From positions 1 to 41,770 of the forward strand of contig JASFPJ010000002.1 in the NCBI GenBank assembly GCA_050116035.1: a stretch of DNA of 41,770 nt, written 5' to 3'. Under the pieces are notes generated by a model. That model searched no databases. It saw nothing but the letters and a program-made list of their open reading frames with translations, and had not been told where the DNA came from. Both the position numbers and the translations under genes were made by a program. Source of the stretch: Candidatus Aminicenantes bacterium (lineage in GTDB: Bacteria > Acidobacteriota > Aminicenantia > Aminicenantales > Aminicenantaceae). Each line of letters opens with the position of its first letter. Position 1 is the first letter of the stretch. Positions 23,620 through 32,509 of the stretch are shown piece by piece.

Positions 23620-25482
23620 TTATTGACGAGGTTTCGTTCTGATTCCGAGATAGTAGGCTACGTTCGCGTGAGGGTCTATCTTCGTTTTTATTTTACCTGG
23701 CAGGGCACTCAGAACCGGATTCAAACCCGGACCATGGCCGGCATAGTCGCTCCATCCGTGGATGCAGACACCTATGGTTACCGCGCCTTGGTATCTTCCG
23801 CGTCCGTAGAAGTCGTAATGGTCCCTGATTGCCACAAGGTCTCCGAGTTTGAGTTCTTTCAGTTTGTATTTCTCAACGATTTCCGGGCAGGTGGTCTGAA
23901 TATCGTAATCAATGTATTCAATGAATGGTCCGCCTATTCCTGACCCCATGATATGCCCCGGAACCTCCATCACAACAGGGACTACGAGTGTATCTCCTTT
24001 TATGGTTATGCCCATGTTTTCCAGGAGTTTCGGGGAAAGCTTATTCACTCTCACATCTTCGAATCCTTCAATCTTGAGTCCCACGCCCTGAGCTTTGACC
24101 TGAATTTTATCGTTTATTGTGAGTTTCTCGAGAACATCTTTAGGAAACCAGGCAAGGTCATCTGATCCCGCATGCCTGCCGATGTAGAAGCCTTTGGCTC
24201 CCTTGGCCTCACCAGAGATGACTCTCGCTTCATTGCCGATACAGCCGAGAATAGCTATAGCGCACTGGCTGGGTGATGATTCGTCGCGACCCTGAATGGT
24301 GACATCGGGCTCGACATGGTCTGCGTACGCCCAGCCATAAGTGGAATCTCCGAGCGAAACGGTGTAGTTGATCGATGCCATTCCTATGCTGTGCTTCGGT
24401 TTGCCATCGTAGGTCGTCGAATACCCCCTGCTCCCGGCTGGCTGCACAACGGCTTCAACAGCAGTCGTGATGAGCTTTTCCTTGTTGGTTTTTAGAGAGG
24501 CTTTCGTTGTGGACGGAGGGGACTTCTTCATTTTTATGCCGAGATACTTGCCTATGTTAGCTGTGGGATCAATGCGGGCTTTGAGTTTCCCGAATCGTGT
24601 GGAGAGGATCGGCGTCACGCCAATACCCAGACCCGAGATGTCACTCGGCCCACTGCAGACAACGCCAACAGTCGCGCCCCCCTTGAAGTAGCCTTTTCCA
24701 TAATCGGTCTGGATATCTTTGAGAAGAACGAGATCCCCGAACCGCAATTCGTCCAGGCCGTGCTTCTTGATATCCGGGGGAAAACAGGTTTGAACATGCC
24801 AGTTGCCGGAGAGGCTTCCTCCACCCGAGCCCTGCCCGGCAAGCTCGCCGGGTATCTCCTTAACAACAGGCATTTCAAGCTTTCCATCTCTGGTTGGAGT
24901 GAGCAGCTTTTCCAGGATTTCAGGTATAACGCCATGAATAAAAACATCCTTGAAGCCGTCTATCTCTAGGCCGACTCCTCTGGCTTTGACATGCATTCTG
25001 TTGCCTATGGCGAGTTTATCCAAGATAGAGTCATCAAAATGAACCAGCACATAGCTCCTGAATTTTCCGATGATCACGCCTTTCTCTCCCCTGGCATCTC
25101 CGCTCAGAAGCTTCACTTCATTGCCTATGGATGTAAAGTTGAGCCAGGAAGTTCTCGCTCGGTCTGATCCAGCGCCGACCGTGGCGACACCCATCGTGGC
25201 CCTGTCTCCAGAGGCCCAGCCGAATATTTTCTCGCCAATTTTCAGGTTATAATTGATGCCACCGATTCCAATCGCCATTTTGGGTTTTCCGTCCCAGGTG
25301 GTGGTGTATGACCTTTCAGGCTCTGCGGGGGCGATTTCACCTTGGACCGCAAGCGTCAGCAGCTTGTCCTTGTTCGTCGTGATGATTTGTTGTCCAGCCT
25401 GGCCGGCGGCATTATTCGTGTTCGTGAAAACAAAGGCCAGGCACAATAAAATTCCGAGAAGCGTCAATATATTTTTCCTCAT
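23620..25482 (-). CDS. Secreted protein made of two tandem homologous ~295-aa modules (DUF4438-like; family name recalled from memory)
   Basis: 620-aa ORF with SD AAGGAGG. Signal peptide MRKNILTLLGILLCLAFVFTNTNNAAG. The two halves align colinearly, e.g. TNKDKLLTLAV..WDGKPKMAIGIGGINY against TNKEKLITTAV..YDGKPKHSIGMASINY, and ARIDPTANIGKYLGIK against TKIDPHANVAYYLGIR. Confidence 0.85.
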   Translation of the reverse strand: MRKNILTLLGILLCLAFVFTNTNNAAGQAGQQIITTNKDKLLTLAVQGEIAPAEPERSYTTTWDGKPKMAIGIGGINYNLKIGEKIFGWASGDRATMGVATVGAGSDRARTSWLNFTSIGNEVKLLSGDARGEKGVIIGKFRSYVLVHFDDSILDKLAIGNRMHVKARGVGLEIDGFKDVFIHGVIPEILEKLLTPTRDGKLEMPVVKEIPGELAGQGSGGGSLSGNWHVQTCFPPDIKKHGLDELRFGDLVLLKDIQTDYGKGYFKGGATVGVVCSGPSDISGLGIGVTPILSTRFGKLKARIDPTANIGKYLGIKMKKSPPSTTKASLKTNKEKLITTAVEAVVQPAGSRGYSTTYDGKPKHSIGMASINYTVSLGDSTYGWAYADHVEPDVTIQGRDESSPSQCAIAILGCIGNEARVISGEAKGAKGFYIGRHAGSDDLAWFPKDVLEKLTINDKIQVKAQGVGLKIEGFEDVRVNKLSPKLLENMGITIKGDTLVVPVVMEVPGHIMGSGIGGPFIEYIDYDIQTTCPEIVEKYKLKELKLGDLVAIRDHYDFYGRGRYQGAVTIGVCIHGWSDYAGHGPGLNPVLSALPGKIKTKIDPHANVAYYLGIRTKPRQ

Positions 25483-25545
25483 ATGTCCTCCTTTTTGTTA
25501 AGAAATGCAGGATAAGATTAATCAGGTCTACATGAAATGTCAATA

Positions 25546-25568
25546 CAATATGGGGAACGTCCCCAAAT
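25546..25568. promoter_or_regulatory. Family-2-like palindrome AATATGGGGA-ACG-TCCCCAAATT, immediately upstream of the -35 box
   Basis: Read directly. It ends 6-7 nt before TTGACT (25575). The same arrangement occurs at 36872-36932. Confidence 0.5.
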
Positions 25569-25574
25569 TGTTTT

Positions 25575-25603
25575 TTGACTTCGATTATTCTGGATGCTAT
25601 TAT
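25575..25603 (+). promoter_or_regulatory. Sigma-70-like promoter TTGACT-N17-TATTAT for the hydantoinase operon
   Basis: TTGACT 25575-25580, 17-nt spacer, TATTAT 25598-25603. Identical hexamers and spacing at 36904-36932. Confidence 0.5.
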
Positions 25604-25630
25604 TTTTCCCCATAGGTGGAATTAGAAAGG

Positions 25631-27025
25631 GTGAAGGCACTGAAAACAACACTTATACGAGGGGGGACAGTTGTCTCCAACCAAGAGGCTTCCCTCCAGG
25701 ATGTTCTGATTCAGGGGGAGCAGATTGCTTCTGTGGGAGACTTGTCTGACATAAAAGCAGACACTGTAGTCGATGCCAAAGGGCGGCTTGTCCTTCCAGG
25801 GGCTGTCGACACACATGTCCACTTCAATGACTATTTCATGAACACCGTGAGTGTGCACGATTATTACAGAGGCACTTTGGCCGCCGCTCATGGAGGCGTA
25901 ACCAGCATCGTCGATTTCGCGAATCAAGCTCCAGGTAAATCGTTACAAGATGCATTCGAGAGTAAGAAAGAAGAAGCCGCGGGGAACACGCTGATCGATT
26001 GGGGGGTTCATCCAGTCATCACCCAGCTAACTCCTGAAACGCTTGAAGAGATTCCTCGAGTCGTGGAACAGGGCGCACCAACAATTAAGTGTTACATGAC
26101 CTATCGGGAAGAGGGGCTCATGGTGGAGGATGCGGATTTAAAACGAATACTGGAAAGCCTCCGGAAGGCCGGAGGAATGCTGATGGTGCATGCCGAAGAC
26201 AATGATACGATTGAACGAAACGTCCCCCGGATGATCGGTGAAGGCCGGACTCAACCCATCTATCATGCCAGAAGCCGGCCTCCAGAGGCTGAAAACTTGG
26301 CCATCCACCGCTGCATTCAGCTGGCAAAGAAAACAGATGGCCGCCTGTTCGTCGTTCATATGGCCACCGATAAAGGGATTGAGCTTGTCAACAAAGCTCA
26401 GCGCGAGGGGCTTAACGTTTTGGCCGAAACCTGTACGCATTACTTGATATTCACTGAGAAAATGCTCGAGCGTGAAGACGGCATTAAATGGATATGCTCT
26501 CCTCCCTTGAGAAATCAGACTGTTCAGGAACGCCTCTGGGACGGGATCAAAGATGGGCGCATTTCGATGGTCACTTCAGATGACGCAGCCTATTCTTGGG
26601 AAGCCAAACTTTACGGAGCCGAGCGGTTTGACAGATGCCCCAACGGAATCCCCGGTATCGAACCGCGCCTCTCCATACTCTATTCTGAGGGAGTCATCAA
26701 GAGGGGAATGTCCCTGCCAAGGTTTGTGGAGATTGTTTCGACTGCCCCGGCAAGTCTCTTTGGTCTGGCTCCTCAAAAAGGATGCCTGACTCCTGGCGCA
26801 GATGCAGATGTTGTCCTCTTCGATCCCAAAGCGAAATGGACCATGAGCCAGGCGACTCTCCACATGGCTTCTGACTGGTCTGCCTATGAAGACATTGATA
26901 TAACTGGAAAAATTGAAAAAGTCTTTTCCAGGGGAGAACTCATCATTGACGGAGAGAAGTGTTTGGCCCAGAAGGGGAGAGGGCGCTATCTTCATCGCGC
27001 ACTCGATTTTTCCTCACAACCATGA
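25631..27025 (+). CDS. D-hydantoinase / dihydropyrimidinase (cyclic amidohydrolase)
   Basis: ORF track starts at GTG 25616. GTG 25631 fits better with the AGGTGG SD at 25614-25619 and with the predicted promoter; the start is uncertain. Motifs: GAVDTHVHF (metal His pair), IKCYMTY (carbamylated Lys region), MVHAED, VVHM, SDD. Confidence 0.9.
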   Translation: MKALKTTLIRGGTVVSNQEASLQDVLIQGEQIASVGDLSDIKADTVVDAKGRLVLPGAVDTHVHFNDYFMNTVSVHDYYRGTLAAAHGGVTSIVDFANQAPGKSLQDAFESKKEEAAGNTLIDWGVHPVITQLTPETLEEIPRVVEQGAPTIKCYMTYREEGLMVEDADLKRILESLRKAGGMLMVHAEDNDTIERNVPRMIGEGRTQPIYHARSRPPEAENLAIHRCIQLAKKTDGRLFVVHMATDKGIELVNKAQREGLNVLAETCTHYLIFTEKMLEREDGIKWICSPPLRNQTVQERLWDGIKDGRISMVTSDDAAYSWEAKLYGAERFDRCPNGIPGIEPRLSILYSEGVIKRGMSLPRFVEIVSTAPASLFGLAPQKGCLTPGADADVVLFDPKAKWTMSQATLHMASDWSAYEDIDITGKIEKVFSRGELIIDGEKCLAQKGRGRYLHRALDFSSQP

Positions 27026-27071
27026 CCATGAGAATCATAAGATTTTTTCCACTATAGAGAAGGAATAGACC

Positions 27072-28439
27072 ATGCCAAAAAAAAATCAACACCTCATATA
27101 TTCAGGAGCTTCTCCAGAAAAGGTCGCTGGAGATTTACAGCCTCTCGTTGACTTTCAGGAGGAAGGCCTTTCCCTTCAGAAACTCCAGGAACTCATCAAC
27201 GACCGACTCATTCCGCACCTGATGCGGTATGACCATCCGGGTTTTCATTCGATGTTTAATTTTTTCCTCGAGGAGGGAGCTGAACTGGGCGCCAAGATAG
27301 CCCTCGATTATAACCAGGGAGTGACAAACTGGCAGGTCTCACCGGGGGGAGCGGCGCTGGAGGAACTCTGTTGTCAGGCTCTCTGCCGCCTCTTCGGTAT
27401 GGGTCCAGAGGCAGAGGCGACGTTTATGTACTCAGGAACCTACGCCAACCAGGAAGCGCTCTACCTGGCTCTCCACCGGAAAGCGGAAAAGTGTGGTTTT
27501 GATTTACCACAGAAAGGGCTGAACGGATTTGATGATCCCACGCGACTTCGCGTCCTCGCTTCCCGTGATGCCCATTTTTCGCTGAAGCATGCTGTCCGGA
27601 TACTCGGACTCGGAGAAAAGAGTCTCGTTCCTCTCGATGTGGATACGAATCGACGTCTGGATGTAAACCGCATGAAGGAGACTACCGAACAAATGCGACA
27701 GACGGAGGACATCTTTTGTGTGGTCGCCACTGCAGGAACGACATCAACGGGGTCTGTTGACCCGGTCCTTCCCGTGGCTGAGATTTGCCGGGACCTCGAT
27801 ACATGGCTGCATGTGGATGGAGCGTACGGTCTGGCATACAGCCTGATTCCCGAGTTGAAGAACCTCTTTTCAGGCATGGAACAGGCTGATTCGGTTTCTT
27901 GGGACCCGCATAAGCAATTCGGAGTTCCCATCCCGAGTTCCATTCTTTTTGTGAAACGCAAAGAAGATTTTAACCGTATGGCCATCTTTAGTGAGTATTT
28001 CAACCGGAGAGACGATCCTCGACCGAATCCGGGGCTCAAATCGCCTCCTTCCACCCGGCCCCTTACTGCCCTGTCTCTTGTGACTTCTCTTCGATACCAG
28101 GGGACCAAGAGAGTTGTCCAGAGACTTGAGACTCCGATCTTGGCCATCCGAGAATTGGCTGAGAAGCTGGAAAATGAAACGGATATAGAAATCATCCATC
28201 AGCCCGATACAGGAATCCTCTGTTTTCGTCTAATCCCCGAAGGTTTTCCTGAAGAAGAGCTGAACAGACTGCAGGAACATATCTATGAGAGAATCATTTC
28301 GGGCGGGGAACGCACCCTGTCTATTACAAAACTCGATGAAAAAACAGTATTGAGGCTTGTGGCCGTCTCACCATCTGTGACTAGCCAGGCTTTGATGGAT
28401 ACAGTCTCCGAGACTCGCGCTCTGGCCCGAGATTATTAA
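27072..28439 (+). CDS. Group II pyridoxal-phosphate-dependent amino-acid decarboxylase
   Basis: 455-aa ORF with SD GAAGGA. SGTYANQEAL, VATAGTTSTGSVDP, LHVDGAYG and SWDPHKQFGVP (PLP lysine in the S-x-D-x-HK motif). Confidence 0.88.
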   Translation: MPKKNQHLIYSGASPEKVAGDLQPLVDFQEEGLSLQKLQELINDRLIPHLMRYDHPGFHSMFNFFLEEGAELGAKIALDYNQGVTNWQVSPGGAALEELCCQALCRLFGMGPEAEATFMYSGTYANQEALYLALHRKAEKCGFDLPQKGLNGFDDPTRLRVLASRDAHFSLKHAVRILGLGEKSLVPLDVDTNRRLDVNRMKETTEQMRQTEDIFCVVATAGTTSTGSVDPVLPVAEICRDLDTWLHVDGAYGLAYSLIPELKNLFSGMEQADSVSWDPHKQFGVPIPSSILFVKRKEDFNRMAIFSEYFNRRDDPRPNPGLKSPPSTRPLTALSLVTSLRYQGTKRVVQRLETPILAIRELAEKLENETDIEIIHQPDTGILCFRLIPEGFPEEELNRLQEHIYERIISGGERTLSITKLDEKTVLRLVAVSPSVTSQALMDTVSETRALARDY

Positions 28440-28502
28440 TGGCAGGCAAAAGATGGTTCATCCGACCTTTTGATGAGATAGAAAAAATAAGGAGCGGCTC
28501 CG

Positions 28503-29915
28503 TTGCTGCTTGAGAAAATTCTGGACATCGCCACTAAGATTGATGGAGTGCTATGGGGACCATGGACAATGGTCTTCATCGCAGTAGTCGCCGTTTTTCT
28601 TTCCGTTAAATCCGGTTTTTTCCAGTTCAGAAAGTTTAATTTTATCTTGAATAACACCTTCGGAAAGATGTTCACCCAGGCTGAGAGCAAGGACAAGGGA
28701 AGAATGACCCCTTTTCAGTCCACTACGACTGCACTGGCAAGTACGGTTGGCATGGGGAATATTGTCGGCATCGCCACCGGTCTTTCTGTCGGAGGTCCGG
28801 GGGCGATATTCTGGATGTGGGTGCTGTCTCTCCTGGGAATGATGACCAAAACTGTGGAGATAACTCTGGCCGTCCACTACCGGGATACGGATAAAGAAGG
28901 CAACCTCAGCGGCGGACCGATGCACTACATCAAAAAAGGCCTGGGATGGAATTTTCTCGCCAAGCTGTTCAGCGTAGGAATATTCATCAATGCTGTTTTG
29001 AGCGCTTCTCTTCTCCAATCCCACACAGTTGGAAGGACATTCTTGAAGAGTTATAACTTCAACCCCTATGTCACCACTGCAGTTATGGCTAGTATTGCCG
29101 CCTTTGTGATCATTGGCGGCATTCGACGGATCGGCCGATTCTGTGAAAAGCTCGTTCCTTCCATGTCTGTCCTGTACATCGTTGGCGGCGTCGCTATACT
29201 CTTCATCAATTACCATAAAATCCCGGAAGTGTTCGCCACCATATTCAAGTACGCATTCGCTCCCGCGCCGGCCATCGGGGGATTTGTCGGGGCCTCTGTG
29301 GCGTCAGCCTTCAAAATGGCGATGGCCAGAGGCATGCTTTCGAATGAAGCTGGCCTGGGAACAGCCCCAATGGCTCATGCGACAGCCGACACCCCTCATC
29401 CTTTCCAGCAGGGAATCTGGGGGGCTTTTGAGGTCTTTATTGATACGATCGTCATCTGTACGATCACATCTTTTGCGATTCTCTCGACAGGTGTTTTATC
29501 TGGTGGTGAATCAGGAATTGAGTTGGTCATCGACGCGTTCTCCTCGATTTTTCCACCCATTCTATCGAATGCATTCATTTCACTGGTGACCTTAACCTTC
29601 TGTCTGTCAACACTCATAGGTTTCTTTATCTACTATCGAACTGCGGCCACTGATATATTTGGTCAAAGAGCCATGAAATACTTGAAATGGTTCTATTTGA
29701 TGCCTGGGATCATATTTGCAGGTGTCGCGGACGTGGACAGACTGTGGGTATTCGCGAATATATCAGTTGGAGTCTGTTCTCTGCCGAATCTGATAGCTAT
29801 TCTGGCACTGAATGGAGCCTTCTTCGTGTTGATGAAAGATTTACTGTCTAAGAGGAATGAATATGCCTGCCGGATTGTCGATTCTTCCAAAAAATACGTG
29901 AAAATGGCAAAATGA
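28503..29915 (+). CDS. Alanine/glycine:cation symporter (AGCS family)
   Basis: 470-aa ORF; TTG start with SD AAGGAG 8 nt upstream. Family-typical MTPFQSTTTALASTVGMGNIVGIATGLSVGGPGAIFWMW, and about 11 TM segments. Confidence 0.9.
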   Translation: MLLEKILDIATKIDGVLWGPWTMVFIAVVAVFLSVKSGFFQFRKFNFILNNTFGKMFTQAESKDKGRMTPFQSTTTALASTVGMGNIVGIATGLSVGGPGAIFWMWVLSLLGMMTKTVEITLAVHYRDTDKEGNLSGGPMHYIKKGLGWNFLAKLFSVGIFINAVLSASLLQSHTVGRTFLKSYNFNPYVTTAVMASIAAFVIIGGIRRIGRFCEKLVPSMSVLYIVGGVAILFINYHKIPEVFATIFKYAFAPAPAIGGFVGASVASAFKMAMARGMLSNEAGLGTAPMAHATADTPHPFQQGIWGAFEVFIDTIVICTITSFAILSTGVLSGGESGIELVIDAFSSIFPPILSNAFISLVTLTFCLSTLIGFFIYYRTAATDIFGQRAMKYLKWFYLMPGIIFAGVADVDRLWVFANISVGVCSLPNLIAILALNGAFFVLMKDLLSKRNEYACRIVDSSKKYVKMAK

Positions 29916-29945
29916 CGGGTAAACTCATCTATGAGTGAGGATAAA

Positions 29946-30620
29946 ATGAAAATTCTTATCATAAATCCCAACAGTGACTTAGGTATAACCGAAGCGATCC
30001 AGAAAACCGCGGATGAATTCACCCAGGGCGTATTCGAAGCCGTGTGTCAGCCCACACCCGGGGCGCCTGCGTTCATCGAAACCTACGAGGATGCCATAAA
30101 AGCGGCACCAGGAATGATCCAGCTCGTGCGAGAGAACGAAGACAGATATGATGCCTTTATCGTGGCCTGTCACAGCGACCCTCATCTGGATACGATAAAG
30201 GAGATAACAAGAAAACCTGTGGTCGGCATCGGCGAAGCGTCCATGAAGATGGCCTCGATGCTCGGGCATAGCTTCTCAGTTGTCTCGGATAATACACATT
30301 CCATCCCCAACAAAGAATTCTTGGCGAGGCAGTACCACCTTCAGGATGCATTGGCCTCTGTGAGAGCCCCTCTGGATGAAATGAGCGGACTGAGTGATGA
30401 GGAGAAATATCTCCAGACTGCCCGGTTAGCGATAGAAGAGGATAGGGCTGAAGTGATCGTGCTGGGTTGTGCGGCGATGACAGGATTGGATAAACCTCTG
30501 CAGAAAAAACTGGGAGTCCCGGTCCTGGATGGGGTGGTGTGCGCTCTGATTATCGCTTCCGGTTTGGTCCAATACGGCGTCTCAACAAGTAAAATCAGAA
30601 GGTACAATCCAGAAGGCTAA
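29946..30620 (+). CDS. Hydantoin racemase-like enzyme (Asp/Glu/hydantoin racemase superfamily)
   Basis: ORF track starts at ATG 29931. ATG 29946 (MKILIINPNS, SD GAGG 5 nt upstream) is the family-typical N-terminus. Two catalytic-Cys contexts, IVACHSDP and VLGCAAMTG. Confidence 0.85.
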   Translation: MKILIINPNSDLGITEAIQKTADEFTQGVFEAVCQPTPGAPAFIETYEDAIKAAPGMIQLVRENEDRYDAFIVACHSDPHLDTIKEITRKPVVGIGEASMKMASMLGHSFSVVSDNTHSIPNKEFLARQYHLQDALASVRAPLDEMSGLSDEEKYLQTARLAIEEDRAEVIVLGCAAMTGLDKPLQKKLGVPVLDGVVCALIIASGLVQYGVSTSKIRRYNPEG

Positions 30621-30642
30621 TACCGCTCTATACAATTAATCC

Positions 30643-32007
30643 TTAAAGTGTTTTTTCCACTTCCCGGATTGAATCGGCGAAAATTTCCATTCCTTTTTTT
30701 GCCAGTTCTTCGGTCAGAACCAGAGGGGGGAGGAACCGGATAACGTTTGAATAATGGCCTCCGATCTCGACGAGGAGTCCATGCTGGTGACAGATGGTCC
30801 TCACTCTCTGAGCCAAATCAGGGGCTGGCTCCTTGGAAGCCTTATCCGATACAAGCTCTATGCCGAGCATAAGGCCTCTTCCCCGGGCTTCTCCCACGAT
30901 TGTTGAATCTTTCTCAATATTTTTAAGCCAGGAGAGCATCTTTTCACCAAGGTTGGAGGAGTGTTCGGCAAGGTTATTTTCCGCCATGAAACGAAGAGCC
31001 GCGGCTCCAGCGGCATAGGCAATGACATTTCCCCGGAACGTGCCGATATGTTTTCCCGGCGGCCATTTATCCAACTTTTCTTTGTACACAATGCAGGAGA
31101 TGGGAAAGCCTAAGCCTCCGAGTCCCTTGCTTAAAGTAATGATGTCAGGTTCAATCCCGCTGTGTTCAAACGCAAACATTTTTCCTGTTCGGCAGAGACC
31201 GGCCTGGATTTCGTCAACAATCATGATAATCTGATTTTTGTCGCAGATTTCTCGAATCCCTGTAAGAAACGACTCTGGAGGGACAATGGAACCGCCTTCG
31301 CCCTGAATGGCCTCAACGATGAGTGCCGCGGGTCTTCCCACACCTGAATGAGGATCTTCAAGAACATGCTCGAGATATTTCACACAGTCCATATCGCACG
31401 ATCCAGATTCCTTCCCGAAGGCGCAGCGGTAACAGTACGCATAGGGGACAAAATGAACTTCTGGAATAAGCGGCAGAAAATCCTCTTTGAAAGACAGGCC
31501 GCTGGAAAGAGAAAGGGCTCCCGAACTCATCCCGTGGTAGGCGCCTTCGAAAGAAATCATTAGATGTCGATGCGTGTTATACTTGGCAAGCTTCATGGCC
31601 GCTTCAACGGCATCTGACCCTGTGGGTCCTCCGAAAAAGATTTTCTGCAGCGGGTCAGGCAAAAGTGAAAGCAATCTATCAATGAGTGCTTTCCGTGGCT
31701 CGCTCGGGATGTCGAGGGAATGAGTGAGACGGGAGAGCTGCTCAGAAACGCTCTCTAATACCGTTGGATTGGAATGTCCCACATTCATCACTCCGGCTCC
31801 ACCAAAAAAATCGATGTAGATATTTCCGTCCACGTCCTCCACAGTCGCTCCTCGGGCCCGACTCAGTGCCATGGGCATCCCTCGAGGATAAGACACAGCT
31901 GAGCCCTCATGAGCTGATTGAAAATCGAGGTGCTCCTTTGATCGAGGGCCGGGAGGTTGGGTTTTTATTACAGGGGCTTCAGGGAAAGAAAGGCTCTTGA
32001 AATCCAT
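30643..32007 (-). CDS. Class III (omega-type) PLP aminotransferase (GABA / beta-alanine / diaminobutyrate aminotransferase-like)
   Basis: 454-aa ORF with SD GAGGAGG. GGPTGSDAVEAAMKLA, VDEIQAGLCRTGKMFAFEH and TLSKGLGG (PLP lysine). Convergent with the racemase gene; only 22 nt separate the stops. Confidence 0.92.
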   Translation of the reverse strand: MDFKSLSFPEAPVIKTQPPGPRSKEHLDFQSAHEGSAVSYPRGMPMALSRARGATVEDVDGNIYIDFFGGAGVMNVGHSNPTVLESVSEQLSRLTHSLDIPSEPRKALIDRLLSLLPDPLQKIFFGGPTGSDAVEAAMKLAKYNTHRHLMISFEGAYHGMSSGALSLSSGLSFKEDFLPLIPEVHFVPYAYCYRCAFGKESGSCDMDCVKYLEHVLEDPHSGVGRPAALIVEAIQGEGGSIVPPESFLTGIREICDKNQIIMIVDEIQAGLCRTGKMFAFEHSGIEPDIITLSKGLGGLGFPISCIVYKEKLDKWPPGKHIGTFRGNVIAYAAGAAALRFMAENNLAEHSSNLGEKMLSWLKNIEKDSTIVGEARGRGLMLGIELVSDKASKEPAPDLAQRVRTICHQHGLLVEIGGHYSNVIRFLPPLVLTEELAKKGMEIFADSIREVEKTL

Positions 32008-32074
32008 CTGATTCCTCCTCGCAGTCGGGGTCTGTTTTCCTCTCAGAAAAATGAATTTTTCATTATTTTCTTAT

Positions 32075-32429
32075 GAGATTGCCACGCTGCGCTCGCAATA
32101 ACAAAATGTAACAATTCAGGTGAATGAGATTGCCACACAACGCTCGCAATAATATATTAGAAAATGTCATTGCGAACAGAGTGAAGCAATCTCGTTGAAA
32201 CAAATGCATTTTTATCATACGAGATTGCCACGTCACTGCGTTCCTCGCAATGACAGGTGAATGAGATTGCCACACAACGCTCGCAATGACACCTTTGAAT
32301 CATCCAATTTAATTTAAAAGAGATCTCTAAGCCTGTTCCGAGCAGAGCGAAGGGATCCCACCAATCCTCGCAGTAACACATTGTAACAACTCAGATGAAT
32401 GAGGTTGCCACGTTATGCTCGCAATAACA
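32075..32429. repeat. Largest family-1 repeat cluster (7 units: inverted at 32075, 32126, 32221, 32263, 32352, 32401; forward at 32166)
   Basis: gagattgccacgctgcgctcgcaataaca; gagattgccacacaacgctcgcaataata; gtcattgcgaacagagtgaagcaatctc; gagattgccacgtcactgcgttcctcgcaatgac; gagattgccacacaacgctcgcaatgac; a degenerate unit; gaggttgccacgttatgctcgcaataaca. Confidence 0.85.
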
Positions 32430-32509
32430 CACTGTCACAATTCGCAGGTGTCGTTCGCTTGAGCCGTAATCGCTATTCCTTCATGAACCTCCTGAAATGT
32501 TCGAAGTCC

